Below, one piece after another: positions 46,735 to 58,900 of a stretch of DNA of 64,000 nt. Source of the stretch: an uncultured delta proteobacterium (GTDB lineage: Bacteria; Desulfobacterota; Binatia; Binatales; Binataceae); NCBI GenBank assembly GCA_963724765.1, contig CAVRVY010000004.1:224001-288000 (forward strand). Reading direction: 5' to 3'. How positions within the stretch are numbered: the first letter of the stretch is position 1; each line of letters opens with the position of its first letter. The position numbers and the translations under genes are program-made. Below the pieces are notes generated by a model. The model saw only the letters and a list, made by a program, of their open reading frames with translations. It did no database searches and had not been told where the DNA came from.

Positions 46735-46802
46735 AAGGCCGTTCATCAACGGCCTCTAAACCGGAACGATCTGATTTGTAGGGCCCGTTCGTGAACGGCC
46801 TC

Positions 46803-46803
<1 letters not shown>
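46735..46803. repeat. Inverted pair of REP-like palindromes
   Basis: AGGCCGTTCATCAACGGCCT (46736-46755) and GTAGGGCCCGTTCGTGAACGGCCTCT (46778-46803) between hisD and hisB. Confidence 0.7.
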
Positions 46804-48149
<1,346 letters not shown>

Positions 48150-48160
48150 CGCATCGCATC

Positions 48161-49429
<1,269 letters not shown>

Positions 49430-49729
49430 TCGAAGATGTAGTTTTCCCCCCGGGGCCGTCGAATCGAAGCCTGCGTGCGCGGCCAGCATCTCAGCGCCGT
49501 CCACTTTCGCTGGTAAGTATCGTTTACCAACGATGGTAAGTAAAAGGTGTGCGACCGAAATGCGCGACAAAGGCCCCGGGTTGTCATCCCGAGCGAGTCC
49601 GCGAGTCGCGGGACCCGGATCCTCTCCGCGAAGGCGAGTAGCTTCTTCGTGGCGCCTGGCGTTCCCGTTCTCGGTTGGAACGTCCGCCACAGAGCTACTT
49701 TAACCGCGAGCGATTATCAGGCAGCCAAT

Positions 49730-51016
49730 CTATAACGCGGTGAACTTGCCGCCGATGAGCTTGAACGTCACCTTTTCGCCGTTAACTTCCGAGAGAACAC
49801 TGTTCCGGATTTCGGGCGTATCCTCGGTCAGGTAGACGTGGAGCGCCGCGCTATCGGGGGTGTCTCCTGCACCAATCCCAACTGCAGCGACCCCGCGCTG
49901 CGCGAGCAGTTTTTGCCCGTGAGTCTGCTTGACGCTGCGCACGTGCTCGATGGACGCGCGGAGCGTGTCGCTGATCTCGGCCGACCGAACTGAGCCCTCG
50001 ACTTGCAACTCCAGCGGGGGCGCCGTGCACGTCTGCCCGACAAGTGACACCTTGAGCGTGGTAAGAATGGTTTGGATCGGATTAACCGCCACGATCGTGC
50101 CGCCCGAATCAGGTCCGGCGCCAGAGGCGCCCGCGAACACCATGCCAATCGCCTGCGGGCAGGTGAAGTCCGCGGTGACCACTATCGCGCCTGAATCACC
50201 ACTACTGGCAAAACCGCAGCTTCCGGGTTGACCTGGCACTTCGCCGAAAATCAGAATCTGATGGTCAAACAGGGCCGTACCCGACGCTGCGATATTACAG
50301 GTATTGGTGTAAACCACCTGACCCATCGCATCGAATGCGTCGACCACGCCAGAAGTCAGACAGCTCGACCGCCCCATCTTCATGACCGGCAGACCGACAA
50401 CCAGATTGTCGAACGGAAACGGGGTGGTGCTAATCTGCCCGATGTTAAGGATCGCACCTGAGAGGTCGACGCCTGGCACCGAAGGGCCGACCGGACCTTG
50501 GTTTGCCATCACAACCTTGGCGATCGCTGCATCTAACAAATTTTCGCCACCCGCGAAGTTGATCGGCGTCCATTTTGAAAGCTGCGCCACAGTGTCGCCC
50601 CTATCCTGCCAGCAGGCAAGATCGAGCAGACCCGGCTGGACGATCGGTTCCAATAGATTGGCACTTGCGGATCCACTGCTGGTGCGCGCTAACACGTGGT
50701 TGGTGCTCAAGACAAACGGAACACCGGTGCTGTTTTGCACGAGGGCGCCAAAAGTACCCGCACAGCAGGTGACCCCGGTCTTCTTGGATTTCGTCACACT
50801 GTGGAAGTTACCGCCCGAGACGCCAAACAACGAAGGCGGTTCTTCCGCGCCCGTCTCACATTCGGCGGCCGCGCCGCTGGGCAGCGTGGTAATCGAGCAG
50901 CTTAGTGCCGGGGTAGCCGAGGGGGTCGGCGTTGTCTGCGCGTTAGCCGTTACTGTACCGAGCATCACGGCCAGCACCACCAGCAAAGCCGCCCCGCATA
51001 ATGAACGCTCCTTCAC
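49730..51016 (-). CDS. Secreted trypsin-like (S1/Nal1-like) serine protease
   Basis: GTG 51016 with GGAGGAGG RBS; signal peptide; triad TNHV, DAAIA, GDSG. Confidence 0.85.
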   Translation of the reverse strand: MKERSLCGAALLVVLAVMLGTVTANAQTTPTPSATPALSCSITTLPSGAAAECETGAEEPPSLFGVSGGNFHSVTKSKKTGVTCCAGTFGALVQNSTGVPFVLSTNHVLARTSSGSASANLLEPIVQPGLLDLACWQDRGDTVAQLSKWTPINFAGGENLLDAAIAKVVMANQGPVGPSVPGVDLSGAILNIGQISTTPFPFDNLVVGLPVMKMGRSSCLTSGVVDAFDAMGQVVYTNTCNIAASGTALFDHQILIFGEVPGQPGSCGFASSGDSGAIVVTADFTCPQAIGMVFAGASGAGPDSGGTIVAVNPIQTILTTLKVSLVGQTCTAPPLELQVEGSVRSAEISDTLRASIEHVRSVKQTHGQKLLAQRGVAAVGIGAGDTPDSAALHVYLTEDTPEIRNSVLSEVNGEKVTFKLIGGKFTAL

Positions 51017-51465
51017 GAGACCCTCCTCCCCCAGTCGGGCTCCGCAGAGCCGAAGCGCGAACATCCATCAGTTGGCCCATTGCGCCGCGCGCAGTTGCCG
51101 AAGGATTATCAGAATGCCAATGAGAAGGAAATAGGTCTCGGTGACCAGAGATTTAATCATTTTGATTGACCAGATATGGATCAGCGCCGATCGCCGATAG
51201 GAAGCTGGACAAAACTTAGCGATTCGTGCCTTGAAGCCGATTTGCCCTAAGTTTTAGTATAAGGGACGTTAGCCACGAAGCAGATATCTCTGGGCATGAG
51301 AAAGAGCGGCGCGATCGGTCTTGCTGTTAAGTAAGCCGGATAGACCCGACAATGTTATCGTTTGCGTGTTGTATTTAAAGCGATCGTATAAGTTGCGCGG
51401 CCGAGATGCCGATAGAGCTGGTTATCCGACCCACCTCTTCAGTCATCCTGACCGAAGACCGGTTA

Positions 51466-52419
51466 CTAAAGAGCGCGGCCGGCGCGCACCACCCGTTCGA
51501 CGCCCGCGAGGTCGCGGACCCGCACGCTCACAGCGCATCCGGCTGCACGCATCATCGCCTCAACCGCTTCCGCCTGTTCCGCGCCTACTTCAAGTATCAC
51601 TTCACCGCCGGGGACCAGCCATCGCATTAGCCCGTCGGCGATCTTGCGATAGAATTCCATGCCGTCAGGACCACCCTCAAGTGCGATCCGCGGCTCGAAG
51701 TCGCGCACCTCGGGCGCCAGCGCGGCAAGCTCGGCCTCGGCGATGTAAGGCGGATTGGACACGATCAGATTGAATCGATCGAACGGCGGCGCGATGGCAT
51801 CGAGCGCGGCATAGCAATCGCTCTTAAGGAAACTGATCCGGTCGGCGCATCGATGGCGTCGCGCGTTGTCGGCGGCGACCTCAAGCGATACTTTAGATAT
51901 GTCCAGCGCGACGATCTTTGCCCCGGGCGCGTTTGCGGCGATCGCAATAGCGATCGCGCCCGACCCCGTACCGATGTCGAGCACTCTAACAGTGGGATGA
52001 GAGGGACGTTCACGAACGGCCCCAACTGCACAAGGGTCCCGGCGGCGTTCTCGTGCGCGCAGAAAATCCAGCGCGGCCTCGACCACGGTCTCGGTCTCGG
52101 GCCGCGGGATCAGCACGCCGGGGCGCACCGCGAGTTCGAGCGAAAAGAACTCGCGCCGCCCGACAATATAGGCGAGCGGCTCGCGACTCTCGCGCCGCGC
52201 GACCATCCGCTCGAAGCGCTCCGAGGCGGCCGTGTCAATTTCCCCGATGCCGGCGACGATCGCCGCGCGCGAGATACCCGCCGCCGCGGCCATCAGCAAC
52301 TCAGCGTCCAGGCGCGCGCTATCAATCCCGATGCGCGCCAGACGCGCGCTCGCGGCCGCGAGCATCGCCGCAGCTTCACGCCCGGCCGTATGCGGCTTGG
52401 CGATAGCTTCGGGATTCAT
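51466..52419 (-). CDS. prmC: Release factor glutamine methyltransferase
   Basis: EPLAYI, IPRPETE, DIGTGSG, SNPPY. Confidence 0.96.
   Translation of the reverse strand: MNPEAIAKPHTAGREAAAMLAAASARLARIGIDSARLDAELLMAAAAGISRAAIVAGIGEIDTAASERFERMVARRESREPLAYIVGRREFFSLELAVRPGVLIPRPETETVVEAALDFLRARERRRDPCAVGAVRERPSHPTVRVLDIGTGSGAIAIAIAANAPGAKIVALDISKVSLEVAADNARRHRCADRISFLKSDCYAALDAIAPPFDRFNLIVSNPPYIAEAELAALAPEVRDFEPRIALEGGPDGMEFYRKIADGLMRWLVPGGEVILEVGAEQAEAVEAMMRAAGCAVSVRVRDLAGVERVVRAGRAL
52002..52026 (-). repeat. REP-like palindrome inside prmC, in frame (VGAVRERP)
   Basis: GTTGGGGCCGTTCGTGAACGTCCCT matches the intergenic copies at 139 and 46778. Confidence 0.7.
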
Positions 52420-52424
52420 CGGCG

Positions 52425-53486
52425 TTACGTGCTCAGCGCTTCGGCCTGCTCGCGCGTGGCCAGCGCATCGATCAGCGGATCGATCGCGCCGTCGAGCACC
52501 TGGTCGAGTTGATGCAGCGTGAGGTTGACGCGATGGTCGGTGACGCGGGACTGCGGAAAATTGTAGGTGCGGATGCGCTCGGAGCGATCGCCGGTGCCCA
52601 CCATCGAGCGGCGCGTCGCGGCCATCTTAGCGTCCTGCTCGGCCTGCGCCGCTTCCAGCAGGCGCGCGCGCAGAATTTTGAGCGCCCGCGCCTTGTTCTT
52701 GTGCTGCGATTTTTCGTCGCGGCAGACGATCACCATCCCGGTCGGAATGTGCGTGATGCGCACGGCCGAATCGGTGGTGTTAACGCTCTGGCCGCCGGGT
52801 CCCGAGGCGCGCATCACGTCGATGCGCAGGTCTTTTTCCTCGTTGATGTTGACTTCGACGTCGTCGGCTTCAGGCATCACCGCCACGGTGACGGCCGAGG
52901 TATGGATGCGACCCGACGCTTCGGTGGCGGGCACGCGCTGCACGCGATGCACGCCGCCCTCGAACTTGAGCCGGCTGTAAGCGCCGCGGCCCGCGATAAG
53001 CGCGATCACTTCCTTGATTCCGCCAAGGCCAGTGGTGCTGAGGCTCAGCGACTCGACTTTCCATCGATGGCGCTCGGCGTAGCGCGTGTACATCCGAAAG
53101 AGTTCGCCCGCGAAGAGCGAAGCTTCCTCGCCGCCGGTGCCGGCGCGAATCTCGAGCAGCACGTTGCGGTCGTCGTTGGGATCGCGCGGCGTGATCAGTA
53201 TCTTGATTCGTTCTTCGAGCTCGGCCTGGCGCTTTTGCAGCGTCGGCAACTCGCCCTTGGCCAGCTCGCGCAAGTCCTCGTCGTCGCCCTCGAGCACGGC
53301 GCGATGGTCGGCGATGTCGCTCAGCGTGTGGCGATACTCGCGGATGGCGCCGATCACTTCCATGAGCGAGGACCGTTCGCGGGCGAGCTGCGCATATTCG
53401 CGATTATTGGCGATTACCGCCGGGTCGCTGATGCGCCGCTCCAGTTCGGCGAAGCGCTCTTCGATTCCCTTGAGCTTGTCGAGCAT
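52425..53486 (-). CDS. prfA: Peptide chain release factor 1
   Basis: GGQ, PxT (PAT) motif, RTYNFPQ. Confidence 0.97.
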   Translation of the reverse strand: MLDKLKGIEERFAELERRISDPAVIANNREYAQLARERSSLMEVIGAIREYRHTLSDIADHRAVLEGDDEDLRELAKGELPTLQKRQAELEERIKILITPRDPNDDRNVLLEIRAGTGGEEASLFAGELFRMYTRYAERHRWKVESLSLSTTGLGGIKEVIALIAGRGAYSRLKFEGGVHRVQRVPATEASGRIHTSAVTVAVMPEADDVEVNINEEKDLRIDVMRASGPGGQSVNTTDSAVRITHIPTGMVIVCRDEKSQHKNKARALKILRARLLEAAQAEQDAKMAATRRSMVGTGDRSERIRTYNFPQSRVTDHRVNLTLHQLDQVLDGAIDPLIDALATREQAEALST

Positions 53487-53532
53487 CGGCACCTAAGTCG
53501 TGACGGAGCGTGGATTCAGCACCGCACGGGAC

Positions 53533-53572
53533 AAAAATTTAGCGCGGCTACCAAGTGTTGGGCCAGCCGCGC
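53533..53572 (-). terminator. Intrinsic terminator after rpmE
   Basis: GCGCGGCT...AGCCGCGC stem followed by TAAATTTTT on the minus strand. Confidence 0.6.
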
Positions 53573-53634
53573 CATCAAGACCGATCCCCCGCCCACCCGG
53601 ACGCATCATGGCGCGCCGCGGGCAGCGGAGGTTG

Positions 53635-53841
53635 CTATGCTACTTTACGACCGTACTTGCGATTGAAGCGCTCGATCCGGCCGGCCGTGTCGACCAGCCG
53701 CTGCGTGCCGGTGTAGAAGGGATGGCAATTCGAGCAGACCTCGACGTGCAATTCGTTCACCGTCGAACGCGTCTCGAACGTGTTGCCGCATGCGCAGGTG
53801 ACTACGCAGCGATGGTATTCGGGATGGATTCCGGGTTTCAT
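53635..53841 (-). CDS. rpmE: 50S ribosomal protein L31 (Zn-binding type)
   Basis: [21 protein letters not shown]. Confidence 0.97.
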   Translation of the reverse strand: MKPGIHPEYHRCVVTCACGNTFETRSTVNELHVEVCSNCHPFYTGTQRLVDTAGRIERFNRKYGRKVA

Positions 53842-54108
53842 TGGCTTCCTTCTGTTCGGAGTAGTGTATCATCAGGCGGCAGGTCACTCAATTGACTTCC
53901 GATCACTTGCCGATTCGGTCGCAATTCACTCGCAATCGGTCCGCGATTCAGCCATAAAGGAGCCCGCCACCCGTTTGACCTTGAGCTAAGATAACCACGA
54001 ATCGGCGCTTTGTCATTGTCCGCTGCGACCCTTCGGTACTAAAATCGTGCGCTCGCGGCGCGAGCGTCAGAATTCGGAATCACGGGATTTTTCTCCGCCA
54101 GGACGGTA

Positions 54109-54918
54109 ATGCGACACGGTTTAATGCCCTCGGTCCGCGCCAGTGTGCGCGCCGTCACGACGGACGGCCGGCCTGGCGTAACGGCCACGCTGGGCGCGGC
54201 GATTCTCGCAGCGATGATGGTTATTGGATGCTCATCGCAAAAGCCTGCCGTCGCCGCCCCATCCCCGCCCCCTCCACCGCCGCCGGCCGCGGCCCCCGGC
54301 TCGCCGCATGTGATCACTGATCTCTCGCAGCTTTCGTCCAGCGATACCGATGCCGCCTCGCTCAACACTGCCGCGAAAGTGCTGAAATCCGACCCGTCCC
54401 GGGACGAGACCGCGATGGTCACGCACGGCTTCGGCAGAGACACACCCTCCACGCTGCGCCGGCTGTTCCTGGATGATCCCGAATCCCCGCGATACGCCGA
54501 GACCGGGATTCCCCATACCCAGGAGCGGCTGCTCAATGCCAAGGCGGCCGAGTATCCAAGCTTCGCCAACATGATGCTCACGCAACTGCTCGCCGATATG
54601 GTCGAGAACGAGAAGACGGAACCGATGGTGACGCTGGAGTTGGGCGAAGAGATCAAACCCGTAATCGTGACTGCCATCCTCGACGACAAGGGCCAGCTAA
54701 GGGAGCTGATTTACCATCAGCATTCCGGACTCGCTGCGATCGACGACTTCGTAATTGCCGCCTGCAAGCGATCGCTGTGGGCCAACAACATGCCTAAGGG
54801 TGCCTTGTCCGAAGACGGCACCTACCGTTTGCGTATTGAAGCCCAGCTTAGCAAGTATAGTGCGGACAGAGAGGGCAGGCAGACGTTCACCACGCGGCTT
54901 GGCCTGGGAATCCTGTGA
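54109..54918 (+). CDS. Hypothetical lipoprotein with Pro-rich linker and TonB-C-like domain
   Basis: VIGC lipobox; V...LDDKG.L......SG...ID.....A pattern; start uncertain. Confidence 0.7.
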   Translation: MRHGLMPSVRASVRAVTTDGRPGVTATLGAAILAAMMVIGCSSQKPAVAAPSPPPPPPPAAAPGSPHVITDLSQLSSSDTDAASLNTAAKVLKSDPSRDETAMVTHGFGRDTPSTLRRLFLDDPESPRYAETGIPHTQERLLNAKAAEYPSFANMMLTQLLADMVENEKTEPMVTLELGEEIKPVIVTAILDDKGQLRELIYHQHSGLAAIDDFVIAACKRSLWANNMPKGALSEDGTYRLRIEAQLSKYSADREGRQTFTTRLGLGIL

Positions 54919-55010
54919 TCCCCGGGCCTGCGCGGATTTTCCTCGACGGAATTTCGCTGAGCCGTTTTTTTCGATCACGAGGCGCGGATTACAGCGTGGA
55001 TCACAGATAG

Positions 55011-56195
55011 ATGACAAACCGGAGACAACTGAGACTTGTCGGACGGCGGCGGGCGGCCCGGCGCACCGGCGAGCGCGAAGTTCATCGCTACGTGCCCAAC
55101 GCGGGGCTTTCGGTGCCGGTCGTCACCATCCTCGACCGCTCGGGTGAGGTGCTCGAAGACGAGCAGCGCGCGGTGGTGCGCTGGGCGGTGCAGAGCGGCC
55201 ATGGCGCCAACATCATCTTCGCCGCCGGCACTACCGGCGAGTGGGACAAGCTGGACAATCCGCGCCGCCAGCAAATCGCCCGCGTGGTGGTCGACGAATG
55301 CCGTCACATCAACGCCGCCGGCGTCGCGGTCGAGGCCTGGGTCGGCATCACCGGGCATACGCGCGCGGAGACGCTGGAGAACCTCGAGTATGCGTTGGAG
55401 TTGAACGCCGAGGCGGCAGTGGTCGCGCCGCTTTCGATTCGCGACTCGGAAGATCCAGTCGGCTTCGTCAACCGCGAGATCAACGCGCTGTTCGAACGCT
55501 CAAAGCGATGGATTCCGGTCTTCCTCTACGACAACGCCGAGATTTCCGCGCCCGGCCACGCGCCGCACATGCATACGCGCGACGTCAAACAGATGAGCCG
55601 GATGGATTACGTGCGCGGGATCAAGGTCACGGCCGGTAAGGCGGTGCTCGGCAATTACACGCGCGCCGCATCACACTTCAACCGCGGCGGCGATTTTGCG
55701 ATTTACGCCGGCGACCCATATCTCATTTTCGATCTGTTCGCGCCGCCCAAGGGCGCGGGCGGATGGACCCGGCACTACTGGAACCGCTACTGGACGCGCG
55801 ATTCGCTGCCCTACGGAATCGTGGCCGGGCCGAGCAACGCGATGCCGCGCGAGTGGCAACGGGCGTTGCGCGTGTGCCGCAACGGCGATTCCGCCCTGAT
55901 GCATCGCTACGCCCAGGTGCTCGAGGAGTTCCGCGCCGCGTGCGAGTTCAATCGTGGGGGCCGCGGCTTCCGTCCCACGCTTGCCTGCCTCAAAGCGGCC
56001 TTGGTCGAGATGGGCGTATGCCGCAGCGAAGCGCTCGCGCCCGGAACGCCTGCGTTCAGCGACGGCGAGCGGCGCGAGTTCGCGCGCCGCTTCAAGGACC
56101 TGCGCCGGCGCGCGGCGGCCACGCTGGAGCCCGGATGGCTCAGCGAGGCCGACGCGGAGCGTCCGCAGGCGAGGCGCGCACTCAAGGATGGCTGA
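55011..56195 (+). CDS. DHDPS/N-acetylneuraminate-lyase family aldolase
   Basis: GTTGE, LYDN (catalytic Tyr) and GIK (Schiff-base Lys). Confidence 0.87.
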   Translation: MTNRRQLRLVGRRRAARRTGEREVHRYVPNAGLSVPVVTILDRSGEVLEDEQRAVVRWAVQSGHGANIIFAAGTTGEWDKLDNPRRQQIARVVVDECRHINAAGVAVEAWVGITGHTRAETLENLEYALELNAEAAVVAPLSIRDSEDPVGFVNREINALFERSKRWIPVFLYDNAEISAPGHAPHMHTRDVKQMSRMDYVRGIKVTAGKAVLGNYTRAASHFNRGGDFAIYAGDPYLIFDLFAPPKGAGGWTRHYWNRYWTRDSLPYGIVAGPSNAMPREWQRALRVCRNGDSALMHRYAQVLEEFRAACEFNRGGRGFRPTLACLKAALVEMGVCRSEALAPGTPAFSDGERREFARRFKDLRRRAAATLEPGWLSEADAERPQARRALKDG

Positions 56196-57861
56196 GCCAA
56201 AACTCGACGTCGCCGGCTGCGGCAGCATGGTGGTGGACTTGTTCTACCGCACGCCGAAGTTCGTCCACGCCGAGCAGAAAGTCGCGCTCGATGCCCATCA
56301 CGGCGATGGCCGCATGGAACGCGCGGCGGTCGGCGGCCTGGTACTCAACCATCTCGGATGGGCGCGCGTGCTGGGGCTCGAAGCCGGCGTGTTCGGCAAA
56401 ATCGGCGCCGATCGCCACGGCGAGTTCCTGCGCCGCGGGATGGACCAGCTCGGGATTCGGCATCATCTGACCACCGACGGCTCGGCCAGCTCATTCGCCA
56501 AGGTCTTCGTCGACGGGCGCGGCGGGCGCGCCATCTATATGGCGCGCGGAGCCACCGCCGAGCTTGCGCCCGATGAAATTCGCCGCCGCCACGCCGGCTT
56601 TATCCGGCACGCCCGGATGATCTCTACCGAAATTTCGCAGCTCCCGCTGCGCACCGTAATCGCGCTGCTGCTATTCGCGCGCGCCAATTCCATCCCGACC
56701 GTGCTCGACGTCGATCTGCCGCCCGCCGACGCCTGTCCCGCGCTTGGAACCCGCGCCGAACTGGACCGCGCGCTTCGCCTGGCGACGATTCTCAAACCGA
56801 CCCGTCTCACGGCACGCGCGCTCGTGGGCGCGGGGCGCGGCGACACATTGAAGCTCGCGCAGGCGATGCGCGCGCGCTACCAGAGCCAGGCGGTGGTCGT
56901 CACCGACGGCGAGCGCGGATGCGCGATCGCGGCGGCGGGGACCGCGCTCAAGCTGCCGGCGTTCGCGGTCAAAGCGGTGGACACGACCGGCGCCGGCGAT
57001 GCGTTCCTGGGCGCGATGCTCGCGGGGCTGCGATGGGGCTGGCCGTGGCGCGCGATCGGGACGCTCGCCAATGCGGCCGGCGCGGTATGCGTGGGGCGGC
57101 TGGGCGCGTTTCCGGCCGGCTTCGAGGTGCGCGACGAAGTGCTCGCGTTGTTCCGCGACGCGATGCCCGATCAGGCGCTGCCGGAGATCGAAACACCGCC
57201 GCAGGCCGGCGGACCGCTCGATCCCTCGGTCGAGGTCAACCGTTTCCTGGAATTGTGCCTGAGCGAGCTTGGGACGCTGCGGCGCGAGATCGACCTCAAC
57301 CACATTCGCGCCGCGGTCGACATGATCCGCATCGCCGAAGCCCACGGCGGCCGCGTCCATCTTACCGGCGTCGGCAAGCCCGAACACGTCGCCCGTTATG
57401 CGGCGAGCCTGCTCTGTTCCGTGGGGACACAAGCGACCTTCCTCCATGCGACCGAAACGCTGCATGGCAGTCTCGGCCAAGTCGATCCCAAGGATATAGT
57501 GATCGCGATCTCCAACAGCGGCAATACGCGTGAGTTGTGCGAAGCCACCGTGGCGATCAAGGAGCACGGCGCGCAGTTAATCGCGGTCACCGGCAACCCG
57601 GCCTCCGAACTCTCGCACCTGGCCGACCTCGTGATTAACGCTCCGGTCGAGCAAGAGGGCGGCGTGCTCGGCCTCGCGCCACGCATCAGCGTGCTCGCCG
57701 AGGTATGCGTACTCGCCGCGCTGTCGGTCGCGCTGGAAGCGGCGCGCGGGCTGACCCTGGAGCAGTACGGCCGATGGCATCGCGCGGGCACGCTCGGCGC
57801 AGCGGCGCGCCGCCTGGTCTCGGGACGCCAGGCCCGGCGCAAACTCAAAGCGGTAAAATAA
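56188..57861 (+). CDS. PfkB-family sugar kinase fused to SIS (KdsD/GutQ-like) sugar isomerase domain
   Basis: DTTGAGDAF PfkB signature; SIS TGVGK..H, E..HG.LG, ISNSG; overlaps the aldolase stop. Confidence 0.88.
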   Translation: MAEPKLDVAGCGSMVVDLFYRTPKFVHAEQKVALDAHHGDGRMERAAVGGLVLNHLGWARVLGLEAGVFGKIGADRHGEFLRRGMDQLGIRHHLTTDGSASSFAKVFVDGRGGRAIYMARGATAELAPDEIRRRHAGFIRHARMISTEISQLPLRTVIALLLFARANSIPTVLDVDLPPADACPALGTRAELDRALRLATILKPTRLTARALVGAGRGDTLKLAQAMRARYQSQAVVVTDGERGCAIAAAGTALKLPAFAVKAVDTTGAGDAFLGAMLAGLRWGWPWRAIGTLANAAGAVCVGRLGAFPAGFEVRDEVLALFRDAMPDQALPEIETPPQAGGPLDPSVEVNRFLELCLSELGTLRREIDLNHIRAAVDMIRIAEAHGGRVHLTGVGKPEHVARYAASLLCSVGTQATFLHATETLHGSLGQVDPKDIVIAISNSGNTRELCEATVAIKEHGAQLIAVTGNPASELSHLADLVINAPVEQEGGVLGLAPRISVLAEVCVLAALSVALEAARGLTLEQYGRWHRAGTLGAAARRLVSGRQARRKLKAVK

Positions 57862-57927
57862 TTAAATAGTCAAATAGCCAGAATACCGCGCCGCCTAGCG
57901 CGCGAGTCGAAGACCGAGGGGCCGACG

Positions 57928-58752
57928 ATGAAGTATGGAATCACGATCCGCAACATGGGGCCGCAGTCGACCCGCGAGACAATCGTTGCGTGCGCCCGCG
58001 CCGCCGAACAACTCGGCTTCGACGCGCTCTTCGTTTCCGATCACCTGGCGCTGCCGCCCGACGATGTCGAGGGCTCGGGCGGGCGCTACCTCGACGTACT
58101 GGCGACGCTCGCGTTTCTCGCCGGGACGACCGAGCGAATCCGTCTGGGCGTGTCGGTGCTCGTGCTGCCATATCGTCCGGCCGTGCTCACCGCCAAGCAG
58201 GTCGCGACGATCCAGGAACTATCAGGCGGCCGGATGATCCTCGCTACGGACGTCGGATGGATGCGCCGCGAGTTCGACGCGCTGGGCGTCGACCCCGGCC
58301 AGCGCGGCGCGCTGACCACCGAAACGCTCCGCGTATTGCATCAATTGTTCTCGAGCGACGTCGCGTCGTACGAGGGCGCGCTGGTGCGCTTTGCGCCGAT
58401 CGTGTTTCTGCCGCGGCCGCCGCGCCCGCCGATTTGGATCGGCGGCAACGGCGACAACGCGATCGCGCGCGTGCTGGAATTCGGCGACGGATGGCATCCG
58501 ATGCTGCCGGCGGACAAGCTCGGCCCGGCGGTGGTCGCTCTACGCGAGCAGGCTCGCGCACGCGGCCGTGCCGAGCCCGAAATAGTGGTGCGCCGCGGGC
58601 TCAAGCTCGACGATGTCGCCGCCGCCCGCGCCCGGCTGGAGGCCGAGCACGCGGCCGGCGCGACGTACTTCATCCTCGACCTCGGCCGCTATGCGGAGGA
58701 ACGCGAGTTCGTCCGCGGCGCCGAGGCGTTCATGACGCGCGTCGCACGCTGA
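57928..58752 (+). CDS. LLM-class (probably F420-dependent) oxidoreductase
   Basis: AE.LGFD....DH, T.RIRLG..V, PPIWIGG, GDGW. Confidence 0.9.
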   Translation: MKYGITIRNMGPQSTRETIVACARAAEQLGFDALFVSDHLALPPDDVEGSGGRYLDVLATLAFLAGTTERIRLGVSVLVLPYRPAVLTAKQVATIQELSGGRMILATDVGWMRREFDALGVDPGQRGALTTETLRVLHQLFSSDVASYEGALVRFAPIVFLPRPPRPPIWIGGNGDNAIARVLEFGDGWHPMLPADKLGPAVVALREQARARGRAEPEIVVRRGLKLDDVAAARARLEAEHAAGATYFILDLGRYAEEREFVRGAEAFMTRVAR

Positions 58753-58900
58753 GGCGCGCGCCGCGCTTATTGGATCGCGCCGCAGGCATGCAGCAGCAGC
58801 CGTGCAGCGGGGACTTTGCAGAATGACGGGGCGGGCGCGGCCATCCGCCGCGCCCGCCCACGTCGTTTAGGTGCGCCGCCGCTGCGCGGCGCGCGCGAAT

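Noticed and set aside
51195-51255. c-di-GMP-I riboswitch (AGGGCAAA on the minus strand)
   Set aside because: No GNRA tetraloop, a poor match to GACGCAAAGC, and no recognisable P3
58235-58262. LLM gene as a pseudogene because ILATDVGW replaces the usual LGVGxGW
   Set aside because: The ORF is intact and other motifs are present; a local variant is insufficient evidence
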